Shown piece by piece: positions 19,061 through 27,442 of a stretch of DNA of 64,000 nt. Position numbers and translations under genes: made by a program. The notes under the pieces were generated by a model, which was not told the DNA's origin, searched no databases, and saw only the letters and a program-made list of their open reading frames with translations. Positions within the stretch are counted from its first letter, which is position 1. Each line of letters opens with the position of its first letter. The DNA is from Gammaproteobacteria bacterium (lineage in GTDB: Bacteria; Pseudomonadota; Gammaproteobacteria; Steroidobacterales; Rariloculaceae): contig JAJEGN010000011.1 of NCBI GenBank assembly GCA_022819855.1, positions 184,465 through 248,464 on the forward strand, read 5' to 3'.

Positions 19061-19357
19061 GTGATCCGCATCGTGCTGCCGTTCCACCTGCGTACGCTCG
19101 CCGGCGTCGACGGCGAGGTGACCGTGAGCGTCGCGGGCGACGTCACGCAGTCGAGCGTGCTCAACGCGCTCGAGGCGCGCTTCCCGATGTTACGCGGCAC
19201 AATTCGTGATCATTCGACCGGGCGCCGCCGGCCGCTCGTGCGGTTTTTCGTATGTAACGAGGATGTGTCGCACGAACCGCCGGACCAGCCGTTGCCGGAG
19301 GCCATCAGTTCTGGCGCGGAACCATTTCTCGTGGTGGGAGCGGTCGCTGGCGGTTAA
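19061..19357 (+). CDS. MoaD/ThiS-family beta-grasp (ubiquitin-like) protein ending in Gly-Gly
   Basis: [22 protein letters not shown] ... LRGTIRD ... [10 protein letters not shown] followed by a stop. Start taken at the GTG at 19061; alternatives are 19052 and 19031. Confidence 0.8.
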   Translation: MIRIVLPFHLRTLAGVDGEVTVSVAGDVTQSSVLNALEARFPMLRGTIRDHSTGRRRPLVRFFVCNEDVSHEPPDQPLPEAISSGAEPFLVVGAVAGG

Positions 19358-19552
19358 CAGCCGGTGGCGACAGCTCCGCTGCACTTGTCGGAAGACCGCG
19401 TCGCCGAAAACTGCTGACTAAGCGGTGATGTAACGCATGTTGACTGCGGCGCCGGCCGCTCGAACATGCTCACTATTCTCCTGCGTCGCGCCCTGTCACA
19501 GGGGGATTGCCGATCTCGGTGCGACGCTTGCCATTGCCAAGGGCCTCCAGGC

Positions 19553-20932
19553 TCAGTCCGCGTGTTTCGCGGCGATCGCTTCGAGCGCGGACGCGATGTA
19601 GTCGGCGGAAAGCCAGCGGCCGTCGATCATGACGCCGGCGTTCGTCGCAACCGCTTCGATGTCCTCCAGCGGATTCGCTTCGAGCAGCAGCAGATCGGCG
19701 TTGCGGCCGACCGCTACGGTGCCTGCCTGATCACCGATGCCAAGGAAGTTTGCGACGATTACCGTTCCTGTGCGCAGCACCTCGTAGGGCGTCATGCCCG
19801 ACTCGACCATGAGCGGCAGTTCGCGGTGCAGCGAGAAGCCCGGCACGCTGAAAACCTGCGGTGCATCGGTGCCCATGAGAACGGCTACGCCTTCGTCGTA
19901 CATCGTCTTGAGCAGCATCTGACGGAGTTCCGCTTCGCGCATCGCGGCCTCGCGGTTCGCGTTGGTATAGGAGGCCGTGGCGCGCTGCGTCCACGTCGCT
20001 ACGGTCTCGCGCTCCATGTATCGGTTCTCCGGCCGATCGACGAGCGTTGCCGGGTCGCGTGCTCCGCGCAGAACCTCCCAGAGAATCTGGGTCGGGACGA
20101 CCGCGACGCCCGCCTCGCGCGTCGCCCGCGCAAGTTCCGGAATCCTGCTGTCGTCGGCATTGAGCGCGAGGAGCTGGTTGCGGCCGGGGCCCGAAGCGGT
20201 CAACGCCGGAGAGTCGGCCGGCTGCATGGCTTCGATGTAGTCGTCGAGGTGGTCGATCGTGCTCTGCTTCGCGGCGAGCGCTCCGGGCACGCCGACGTTG
20301 ATCGAGACATGGCCGCCCCAGGGGATGCCGATTTCGGTTGCCGTTTGCACGATCGCGTCGTAGGCCTCGGCGCTCAGGCCTTCATGGACCTTGAGCAGGT
20401 CGAAACCCTGGTCCTTCGCTTCGCGGACGAGCCGGTCGGCGGTCGCCGCGTCCGGGACGTTGTTGCCGCGCATCGATGGCGCCGCGAGCCACAGGCGCGG
20501 GCCGACGATTTCGCCGTCGGCGACGCGTTGCCTGAGTTCGAGCTGGCTCGTGTGACCCTGCATGCCGCGCACGGTGGTCGCGCCGCCGGCCAGGAAAAGC
20601 ATGAGGACGTCCTCGGCTTCGCCGTTGGCGTTCGTGAACGGGATGTGACCGTGCATCTCGGCAAGTCCCGGCATCAGGTACTTGCCCTGACCGTCGATCT
20701 CGGTCGCGCCGGATGGCACGCTCGTCTCGGCTGCCGCGCCGAGCGCCGTGATTCGGCCGTCCTCGACGACCACGTTCTGGTCTTCGAGCACGCGCTCACT
20801 GTCCATCGGCACGACGTTGACGTTCGTGAACGCGAAGCTGCCGCGTTCGGGCGCCTGGGCGGCAGCCGTCCCGGCGAGCGCCGAGCAGGCGACGAGCATA
20901 AGCGCGAGACTGGCGACTTGCGAAGTTCTCAT
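19553..20932 (-). CDS. Amidohydrolase-family metallo-hydrolase, exported
   Basis: Start ATG at 20932 with GGAGAACGGAG upstream. Leader SLALMLVACSALAGTAAAQ. MPGLAEMHGHIP (HxH) and later metal-ligand regions. Confidence 0.8.
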   Translation of the reverse strand: MRTSQVASLALMLVACSALAGTAAAQAPERGSFAFTNVNVVPMDSERVLEDQNVVVEDGRITALGAAAETSVPSGATEIDGQGKYLMPGLAEMHGHIPFTNANGEAEDVLMLFLAGGATTVRGMQGHTSQLELRQRVADGEIVGPRLWLAAPSMRGNNVPDAATADRLVREAKDQGFDLLKVHEGLSAEAYDAIVQTATEIGIPWGGHVSINVGVPGALAAKQSTIDHLDDYIEAMQPADSPALTASGPGRNQLLALNADDSRIPELARATREAGVAVVPTQILWEVLRGARDPATLVDRPENRYMERETVATWTQRATASYTNANREAAMREAELRQMLLKTMYDEGVAVLMGTDAPQVFSVPGFSLHRELPLMVESGMTPYEVLRTGTVIVANFLGIGDQAGTVAVGRNADLLLLEANPLEDIEAVATNAGVMIDGRWLSADYIASALEAIAAKHAD

Positions 20933-20945
20933 CTCCGTTCTCCTT

Positions 20946-20975
20946 ACCTTGTGTTGCCGGACCTTGTGTTGCCGG
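20946..20975. repeat. Perfect tandem 15-bp repeat (accttgtgttgccgg x2) just upstream of the amidohydrolase start
   Basis: Read directly: 20946-20960 is identical to 20961-20975. Confidence 0.9.
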
Positions 20976-21060
20976 GACGCCGCTGCAGGCCGGGTCCGCG
21001 CGCCACGCTCAACCGTTCGCCACAGGGCCGCCGATCCTTCGGCTGGCCGGCGTACCCTGC

Positions 21061-21582
21061 TCAGAGCACTCGGTAGTACCTGATCACGACCCCGTTCGGA
21101 TACCGCTCGCCCGTGGATACGAAGATCGAGCGCGTGAGCCACTGCAATTCCGGCGCGTCGGTTTCGAATTCGGGGATTGCGCGGAAATAGATCTCGGACT
21201 GCTCGACCTCTTCGCCGGCGTTGAGCCGGGCCATGACTTCCGGAGCAGCGTGGCGGATGCCGATATTGGTCACGTAGATCAGGTGTCCGTCATCGGTTTC
21301 GAGCAGGTAACGCGTGTCGACCTCGGTGAAGCCGTCTTCCCGGATGGTCTGCCAGTCGGCGCCTCCCGGCACGAGCCTTCCCTTGATCTCCGGTCCTTCG
21401 AATTCGCCGCTCAGGATGTCGATGATGCGTCGCTGACCGTTCGGCATCTCGCCGACGATGATCGGATCTGCGACCTGGGCGAAGAGCTCGAAGGCGAACT
21501 CGAGGCGCGGTGGTTCGGGTGTGTCCTGTGCCTGTGCGGTCATCGATATTCCGGCCAGCAGTGCGAGAGCGAAACGTATCAT
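21061..21582 (-). CDS. DUF3237 (UPF0311) family protein, exported
   Basis: GEMPNGQRRIIDILSGEFEGPEIKGRLVPGGADWQTIREDG...DTRYLLETDDG matches the remembered DUF3237 pattern. Leader ALALLAGISMTAQA. Confidence 0.78.
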   Translation of the reverse strand: MIRFALALLAGISMTAQAQDTPEPPRLEFAFELFAQVADPIIVGEMPNGQRRIIDILSGEFEGPEIKGRLVPGGADWQTIREDGFTEVDTRYLLETDDGHLIYVTNIGIRHAAPEVMARLNAGEEVEQSEIYFRAIPEFETDAPELQWLTRSIFVSTGERYPNGVVIRYYRVL

Positions 21583-21817
21583 GCGAAATCCCCGTGTAGC
21601 GACTCATGTCCGTCAGCGGTCCGGCTGTGCGCCTTGCGCAGGCCGTGGCGGCGCCTGCCGGGTCCGCGCGCGAGCTTGGTACCGTGGCGCCGCCGCAAAT
21701 CGTCGCGGTGCACGCTGCAGCACCGCCGCCGGCTCCGGCGCAGCTTGGCGGCGCGTCCCGGTTGGCCTCACAGGCGCGTCACAGTACCATCAAATCGAAG
21801 CGGCGCGAAACGCAGAC

Positions 21818-23443
21818 ATGGAGGCTTCAATGATCGGAATCGGGAACCGGCGCGGCGTGGCCGCAACGACAGCGTTGCTCTTGACGCTCACTTCGCTGGC
21901 GGCGTTCGCGCAACCGCTGTCGCTGTCCGGCGACACGCTCGAAGCGATGCTCGCAGAGCCGATCCCCTACATGCCCGAGGTGCTCGGCCCCTTTTCCCAT
22001 GAAATCTCGTCGGACGATCCCGAGGTCCAGGCTTTTTTCGACCAGGGCTTTCAGCTCATGTATGCGTTCGGCAAGTACGAAGCCATACGCTCGTTTCGCG
22101 AAGCGCAGAAACTCGATCCGGAGTGCGCCATCTGCTACTGGGGCGAAGCGTGGGCCTGGGGGTCTTATCTGAACGTACCGATGTCCGCGGCCGAGGCGCC
22201 TTACGCCTTCGCGGCGATCGGCAAGGCGCTCGAACTTCGGGACAACGCCAGCCCGCGCGAGCAGGCCTACATCGACGCGCTCTCGGCCCGCTACGTCGCC
22301 GATTACGATTTCGCGAACCGCCGCGTACAGGACGAAGCCTGGGTCGAAGCGGCGCGCGAGCTGGCCGAGCAGTATCCCGACGATCTCGACGCGGTCACGC
22401 TCTACGCCGACGCGCTGTTCCTGCTCGAGGAGAGACGCGGCTACCGCGACATCGACGATCCGAACGTCCAGCGCATTCACGCCGTGCTCGAGAGCGTGCT
22501 CGAGCGCGACATTCGCCATCCGGGCGCCTGTCATCTCTACATCCACGCGACCGAGTCGACGGTCCAGCCCGAGCTGGCCGAACCCTGTGCCGAATACATC
22601 GGCAATTCGATCCCGGGCGCCAGTCACATCAATCACATGCCGTCGCACACCTGGAACGAGATCGGGCGCTGGGGCGACAGCGTGCGAGCGAACATCCAGG
22701 CCTGGCACTCCGACCTCAAGGCCGCGTCTCGCCAGGGGGTCGCGATCTACCCGCCGCACAATCTGCACATGCTGTTTTTCGCGGCCGCGTTTGACGGCCA
22801 GGGCGCGATGGCCAGGCAGGCGAGCAAGGACTACACGAAGCTCATGGGAGACAATTCCTTCGAGCTGTTGATCCTCGTGCGCTTCGGCCGCTTCGACGAG
22901 ATCCTTGAAGTTACCGAGCGCCTCGAACGCGACTACCCGGCCGGGGTCTGGGACTTCGCGCAGGGCTACGCCCGGGTCAAGCTCGGCGAAGCTGACTTTG
23001 CGCGCGCCCATCTGGCACGGCTCAGGGAGGTTGCGGAGACGACCGACGCCATGATCCGATTCGACCGGGCGTCGCTCCTGCTCGATGTGCTCGCGGAAAT
23101 CCTGGCCGGCGAAATCCAGTGGAGCCAGGGCAACGTGCGCGCCGCAATCGCGGCGTTCGAACGCGCCGTCGAGCACGAAGACGAGCTCGGCTACGACGAA
23201 CCTGAGCCCCTGCCGTTCGCGGCGCGCCATTGGCTGGGCGCGGCGCTGCTCGAGGCAGGCAGAAACGCCGATGCCGAGCGCGTCTACCGCGACGAACTCG
23301 CCGACCATCCGCACAACGGCTGGTCGCTCTTCGGCCTGCGCCAGGCGCTCGCCGCGCAGGGAGAGACGGACCCTGAAGTCGACGCGGATTTCGAGCAGAG
23401 CTGGGCCAGATCGGACGTCTGGATCACCGCGTCGCGCTTCTGA
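21818..23443 (+). CDS. Exported TPR-like helical-repeat protein
   Basis: Start at ATG 21818 (or 21830). Leader TTALLLTLTSLAAFAQ. Helical repeat content (FDQGFQLMYAFGKYEAIRSFREAQKLDPECAICYWGEAWAWG). Confidence 0.65.
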   Translation: MEASMIGIGNRRGVAATTALLLTLTSLAAFAQPLSLSGDTLEAMLAEPIPYMPEVLGPFSHEISSDDPEVQAFFDQGFQLMYAFGKYEAIRSFREAQKLDPECAICYWGEAWAWGSYLNVPMSAAEAPYAFAAIGKALELRDNASPREQAYIDALSARYVADYDFANRRVQDEAWVEAARELAEQYPDDLDAVTLYADALFLLEERRGYRDIDDPNVQRIHAVLESVLERDIRHPGACHLYIHATESTVQPELAEPCAEYIGNSIPGASHINHMPSHTWNEIGRWGDSVRANIQAWHSDLKAASRQGVAIYPPHNLHMLFFAAAFDGQGAMARQASKDYTKLMGDNSFELLILVRFGRFDEILEVTERLERDYPAGVWDFAQGYARVKLGEADFARAHLARLREVAETTDAMIRFDRASLLLDVLAEILAGEIQWSQGNVRAAIAAFERAVEHEDELGYDEPEPLPFAARHWLGAALLEAGRNADAERVYRDELADHPHNGWSLFGLRQALAAQGETDPEVDADFEQSWARSDVWITASRF

Positions 23444-23459
23444 GAGGAGGTGACCGCGA

Positions 23460-23963
23460 ATGGTCTACAAGCGCAATCTGAATGAAATGGACTGGACGGA
23501 GATGGGCAACGATGCGCACATTCACCATGCGCGCAAGACGCTGACGCCGTTCGATGAGGCGTATCTGCCGAAGTTCGGCGTGTCGCTGTACCGGCTCGCG
23601 CCGGGCAAGCGGGCCTTCCCGCGCCACGAGCACCTGGCGAACGACGAAGGCATCCTCGTGACGCGGGGCAGCGGGACGCTGCGCTACGGTGACGAGGAGA
23701 TCGCGCTCGGCGAAGGCGACTATGTCCACCTGCCGGCCGCGTCAGGACGGGCGCACCACATGATCAATACGAGCGATGACGAGCTCGAGTACTTCTGCTT
23801 TTCGAGTCTGGTCGTGCCCGAGGCCGTGGTCTATCCCGATTCGAACAAGCTGGGTGCCTACTCGCTGACGCCGGCCGCCGACGGCAAGGGCTGGCAGAGC
23901 CAGCGCCATATCGTGCGCAACGAGCCCGTCGGCTATTTCGACGGTGAGGAGCCGCCGGACTGA
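23460..23963 (+). CDS. Cupin-domain protein
   Basis: PGKRAFPRHEHLANDEGILVTRGSGTLRYGDEEIALGEGDYVHLPA shows the cupin motifs. Confidence 0.8.
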   Translation: MVYKRNLNEMDWTEMGNDAHIHHARKTLTPFDEAYLPKFGVSLYRLAPGKRAFPRHEHLANDEGILVTRGSGTLRYGDEEIALGEGDYVHLPAASGRAHHMINTSDDELEYFCFSSLVVPEAVVYPDSNKLGAYSLTPAADGKGWQSQRHIVRNEPVGYFDGEEPPD

Positions 23964-24178
23964 GGGGCGTTTCGACTATAGGGGCGGCCGGGACAATCCT
24001 GTCCGGGAAGACCCTGACCGATCAGTGAGCGATGCTCCCGCCCGAGCCCGGACCGCAAGGTCTCGCGACAGCGAAGACCGGGTATCGCCCAGCCCGAAGC
24101 CACGCACCGCCGGCGCGCCCTTGTGCTCGCGCAACTGCGCCGGAAGGCGTACGGTCCGTACTCGTGCAGGTCGGGTTT

Positions 24179-25135
24179 CTATGCCTGCGGCAGCGTCTCG
24201 ATGTGCTCGATCATGCGCTGCCGTTCCGCCTCGTCCGGCAACCGGCCGAGCGCCGCGCCCATGTTGTCGAGCATGTGATGCGCCTGGCTCGTCGCGGGCG
24301 TGATGACCGTCACGGCCGGGTGCGATGCCACGAACTTGAGGAAGAACTGCGCCCAGCTCTCCGCGCCGAATTCCGCGGCCCATTCCGGCACGTCCCGGCC
24401 CGCGACGCGTTCCCATAACCGGGTCCGGCCGAACGGCATGTAGATCATGACCGCGATCCCCTGGTCCTGGGCCAGCGGAAAGATCCTGTCCTCGGCATCG
24501 AGGTTGTCGACCGCGTAGTCGATGCCGATGAAGTCGAGCCCGTCGTTGCGCATGTGCTGCTCGAGCCGCTCGTACTGGGGCTTGAATGTCGTCGTGGCGC
24601 CGACGTAGCGCAGGCGCCCCTGTTCCCTGGCCTCGTGCAGCATCGGCATCTGGGTGGCCATGTCGCCGAGGTTGTGAACCTGGTTCAGGTCCATCGGCGC
24701 ACGAGGAAAGCGTTCGAACGAGGCTTCAAGCTGGGCGCGCGCCGCGGCGGGGTCGGCCGGGGTATCGCCGCGGAAGCCCGCGACGTTGAGCTTCGTGGCC
24801 CAGAACACGCGGTCGGCGATGCCGAGTTCGTCCACCAGCCGGCCGGCGACGGTTTCGGAGGTGCCCCGGCCGTAGCCCGGCGCCGTGTCGAACACCGTGC
24901 CGCCGGCATCGATCATCGTCCGGAACACGTCGCGCAGGGGATCGAGATCGTCGGCGACCGCGAGCTGCTGGAACGTTGCGGAGCTGCCGAGGCCGATGAT
25001 CGGAATCCGTTCGCCCGTTGCCGGGATCGGACGCGTCATCACGCCGGCATCCTGGGCCGCGAGCAGGCGTGTCTTGAGCGAGAGGGCCGCGCAGGTGGCG
25101 GCAGTCATGGCAAGGTATTCACGCCGGTTCATCAT
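24179..25135 (-). CDS. Aldo/keto reductase with twin-arginine leader
   Basis: GAGGAAG RBS, then MMNRREYLAMTAATCAALSL. AKR core (IPIIGLGS..., FDTAPGYGRGTSE, YVGATT). Confidence 0.85.
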   Translation of the reverse strand: MMNRREYLAMTAATCAALSLKTRLLAAQDAGVMTRPIPATGERIPIIGLGSSATFQQLAVADDLDPLRDVFRTMIDAGGTVFDTAPGYGRGTSETVAGRLVDELGIADRVFWATKLNVAGFRGDTPADPAAARAQLEASFERFPRAPMDLNQVHNLGDMATQMPMLHEAREQGRLRYVGATTTFKPQYERLEQHMRNDGLDFIGIDYAVDNLDAEDRIFPLAQDQGIAVMIYMPFGRTRLWERVAGRDVPEWAAEFGAESWAQFFLKFVASHPAVTVITPATSQAHHMLDNMGAALGRLPDEAERQRMIEHIETLPQA

Positions 25136-25381
25136 GGTTCTTCCTCGCAGATTTTCGTTCCAGGCCGTAGCCGCAGGGCCGGCAACATAGCACCTATCGC
25201 CAGGCCCGTGAAGTTGGTCGTTATCACGATTCGGGCCGCGTGTCGGACACGCTGGAGACGGATAGGCCCAGGCACGCCCAACGCCGGGCGGGGCCACGGC
25301 CGGCGGTCGGCGTTCGCTTGGCAAACGTCGGGGTTTCCGTTAGCGTGTGCCGTTCTCGCCTCTTACCCACGAGGACTTCCC

Positions 25382-26044
25382 ATGCTCAGAGTCAAACTCG
25401 CGGCCGCGCTCGCGCTCGGCCTGGGTGTTTGTGCTGCGACAGCGCAGACGCTGGATACCGAAGAAAACAGGACCCTGTACGCGGTCGGCGTCGTGCTCGG
25501 CAACAACCTGGTGCAGTTCAGCCTGACGCCGCAGGAACTCGCGCTGGTCGAGGCGGGGCTGCGCGACACGGTGTTCGGCACGGAGCCGCGGGTGGACATG
25601 AACATCTACGGCCAGCAGATTACGGCGCTCCGCGACGTGCGCCAGGCGGCCGGCGCGGCTGCCGAGAAGGCGGCGTCGATGGCGTATCTCGACGAGATGG
25701 CACTGCAGACGGGGGCGGAACGGACGGCCTCGGGGCTCGTGTACATCGTGATTACCGAAGGGACCGGTGCGAGCCCGACGGCGACCGATACCGTGCGTGT
25801 CCACTACCATGGGACGCTCCGCGACGGGACGGTCTTCGACAGCTCCGTGGATCGCGGCGAACCGATCTCGTTCCCGCTGACCGGCGTGATTTCGTGCTGG
25901 ACCGAGGGCGTGCAGAAGATGCGGGTCGGAGGCACGAGCACGCTCGTGTGCCCGTCGGACACCGCCTACGGTGACGCGGGGCAGGGCGTGATACCTGGCG
26001 GCGCCGCGCTCGTGTTCGAAGTCGCGTTGCTCGGGATCGAATAG
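25382..26044 (+). CDS. FKBP-type peptidyl-prolyl cis-trans isomerase, exported (FkpA/FklB-like)
   Basis: Leader LAAALALGLGVCAATAQ. VRVHYHGTLRDGTVFDSS ... FPL..VI.CW.EG...M.VGG ... IPGGAALVFEVALLGIE. Confidence 0.85.
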   Translation: MLRVKLAAALALGLGVCAATAQTLDTEENRTLYAVGVVLGNNLVQFSLTPQELALVEAGLRDTVFGTEPRVDMNIYGQQITALRDVRQAAGAAAEKAASMAYLDEMALQTGAERTASGLVYIVITEGTGASPTATDTVRVHYHGTLRDGTVFDSSVDRGEPISFPLTGVISCWTEGVQKMRVGGTSTLVCPSDTAYGDAGQGVIPGGAALVFEVALLGIE

Positions 26045-26089
26045 AAACGGCCGGGAACGACTCGCGCGACCCGCGCCGTCGCCGGTCGC

Positions 26090-27427
26090 TCAGATGTCGA
26101 GCAGCCCCGTGCTGTCGCCGAAGCTCTCCTGATGCACGCCGAGCATGTCGAGCATGCCGAGCAGCAGGTTCGACATGGGCGTGTGGGCCGGGTATCTGAG
26201 GTGACGCCCGCCCTCGAGCTTTCCTGACGCGCCACCGGCCAGAACCACCGGCAGCGGATCGAAATTGTGCTCGTTGCCGTCGCTCAAGCTGCTGCCGTAG
26301 AGAATCATCGAGTGATCGAGCAGCGTGCCGTCGCCGTCGGGCGTCCCGCGCAGCTTGTCGAGGAACCAGGTCAGCGCCTTGACGTGGTAGTTGTTGATGA
26401 GCGCGAACTGATCCATGTTCGCGCGCTCGTTGGAGTGGTGCGAGGCGTTGTGGAAGCCCTCGCGCACGCCGCTTCCCGGGTACCGCGCGTTGCTGTTCTC
26501 GCGCGCGAGCATCAGCGTCGAGATCCGCGTGATCTCGGTCCTGTAGGCCAGCACCTGAAGGTCGAACATGAGGTTCAGGTGTTCCTCGAAGTTGTTCGGC
26601 ACGCCGACGGGCGCTTCCGGCAGTTGGAGCCCGGTCGATAGCTTGCTGTCGACGAGATCCACGCGCCGCTCGACTTCGCGCACCTCCTCGAGGTACTGGT
26701 CGAGGCGTCTGACGTCGGCCACCGGCAGACCGCGCTTCAGCGAGTCGACCTGACTGCCCACCGAGTCGAGCAGGCTCTTTGCCTGCTGCCGGCGTTCGCG
26801 ACGCTGCGCGTCGGTGCTGCCGTCGCCGAAGAGCCGTTCGAAGACGACCTGCGGGTTGTTCTCCATCGGGAGCGGCAGCGTCTCCGATTTCCACGACAGG
26901 GTGTTGCGATAGGCGCAGGTGAAATCGCGGTCGCAGTTGAGTCCGACCGGTTCGAGCGACAGCTCGATCGACGGCAGCGGCGTGTCCTGGCCAACGTGAG
27001 CCGCCGCGACCTGGTCGATCGTCGGTCCGAGGTAGGCTTCGCCACCCTTGACCGGGTGTGCGCCGCTCAGAAAAACCGCGGCGGCCCGGACGTGATTCTC
27101 GGCGCCGCCCGTGTCCTCGCCGGGCCATGGCGCGACCTCGGCGTGGGCGAGGTCGCTGACGACGCAGACCTGATCGCGGAACGGTTCCAGCGGCGCGAGG
27201 ATCTCCGAGAACTCGAAGCCCTTGCCCTCGGTGGCCGGCGTCCACTTGTCCATCGTCGCGCCGTGCGGAACGTAGATGCAGCCGAGCCGTGTTTTCGGGG
27301 CTGCGCCGGTCTGGGCCAGCGCGGTGCGCGCCGGGATCATCGAATCGAGCAGCGGCAGAGCGATCGCGGCGCCGGCGCCCCTCAGGAGCGTGCGCCGTGA
27401 CAGCTGTCTTTTCGTGATGAACGGCAT
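26090..27427 (-). CDS. DUF1552-family protein with twin-arginine leader (module copy 2)
   Basis: MPFITKRQLSRRTLLRGAGAAIALPLLDSM. Collinear similarity to 2309..3595 throughout. Confidence 0.85.
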   Translation of the reverse strand: MPFITKRQLSRRTLLRGAGAAIALPLLDSMIPARTALAQTGAAPKTRLGCIYVPHGATMDKWTPATEGKGFEFSEILAPLEPFRDQVCVVSDLAHAEVAPWPGEDTGGAENHVRAAAVFLSGAHPVKGGEAYLGPTIDQVAAAHVGQDTPLPSIELSLEPVGLNCDRDFTCAYRNTLSWKSETLPLPMENNPQVVFERLFGDGSTDAQRRERRQQAKSLLDSVGSQVDSLKRGLPVADVRRLDQYLEEVREVERRVDLVDSKLSTGLQLPEAPVGVPNNFEEHLNLMFDLQVLAYRTEITRISTLMLARENSNARYPGSGVREGFHNASHHSNERANMDQFALINNYHVKALTWFLDKLRGTPDGDGTLLDHSMILYGSSLSDGNEHNFDPLPVVLAGGASGKLEGGRHLRYPAHTPMSNLLLGMLDMLGVHQESFGDSTGLLDI

Positions 27428-27442
27428 CGGCTCAATACTAAG

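Noticed and set aside
19466-21076. 536-aa plus-strand ORF antisense to the amidohydrolase gene
   Set aside because: It is an antisense shadow. The amidohydrolase frame has a leader, an RBS and an HxH metal motif.
21827-23314. 495-aa ORF antisense to the TPR-like gene
   Set aside because: It is an antisense shadow with no motifs and no plausible start context.
25752-27245. 497-aa off-frame ORF overlapping the DUF1552 gene on the same strand
   Set aside because: The translation is extremely Arg-rich and low in complexity. The alternative frame is the conserved paralogue with a Tat leader.
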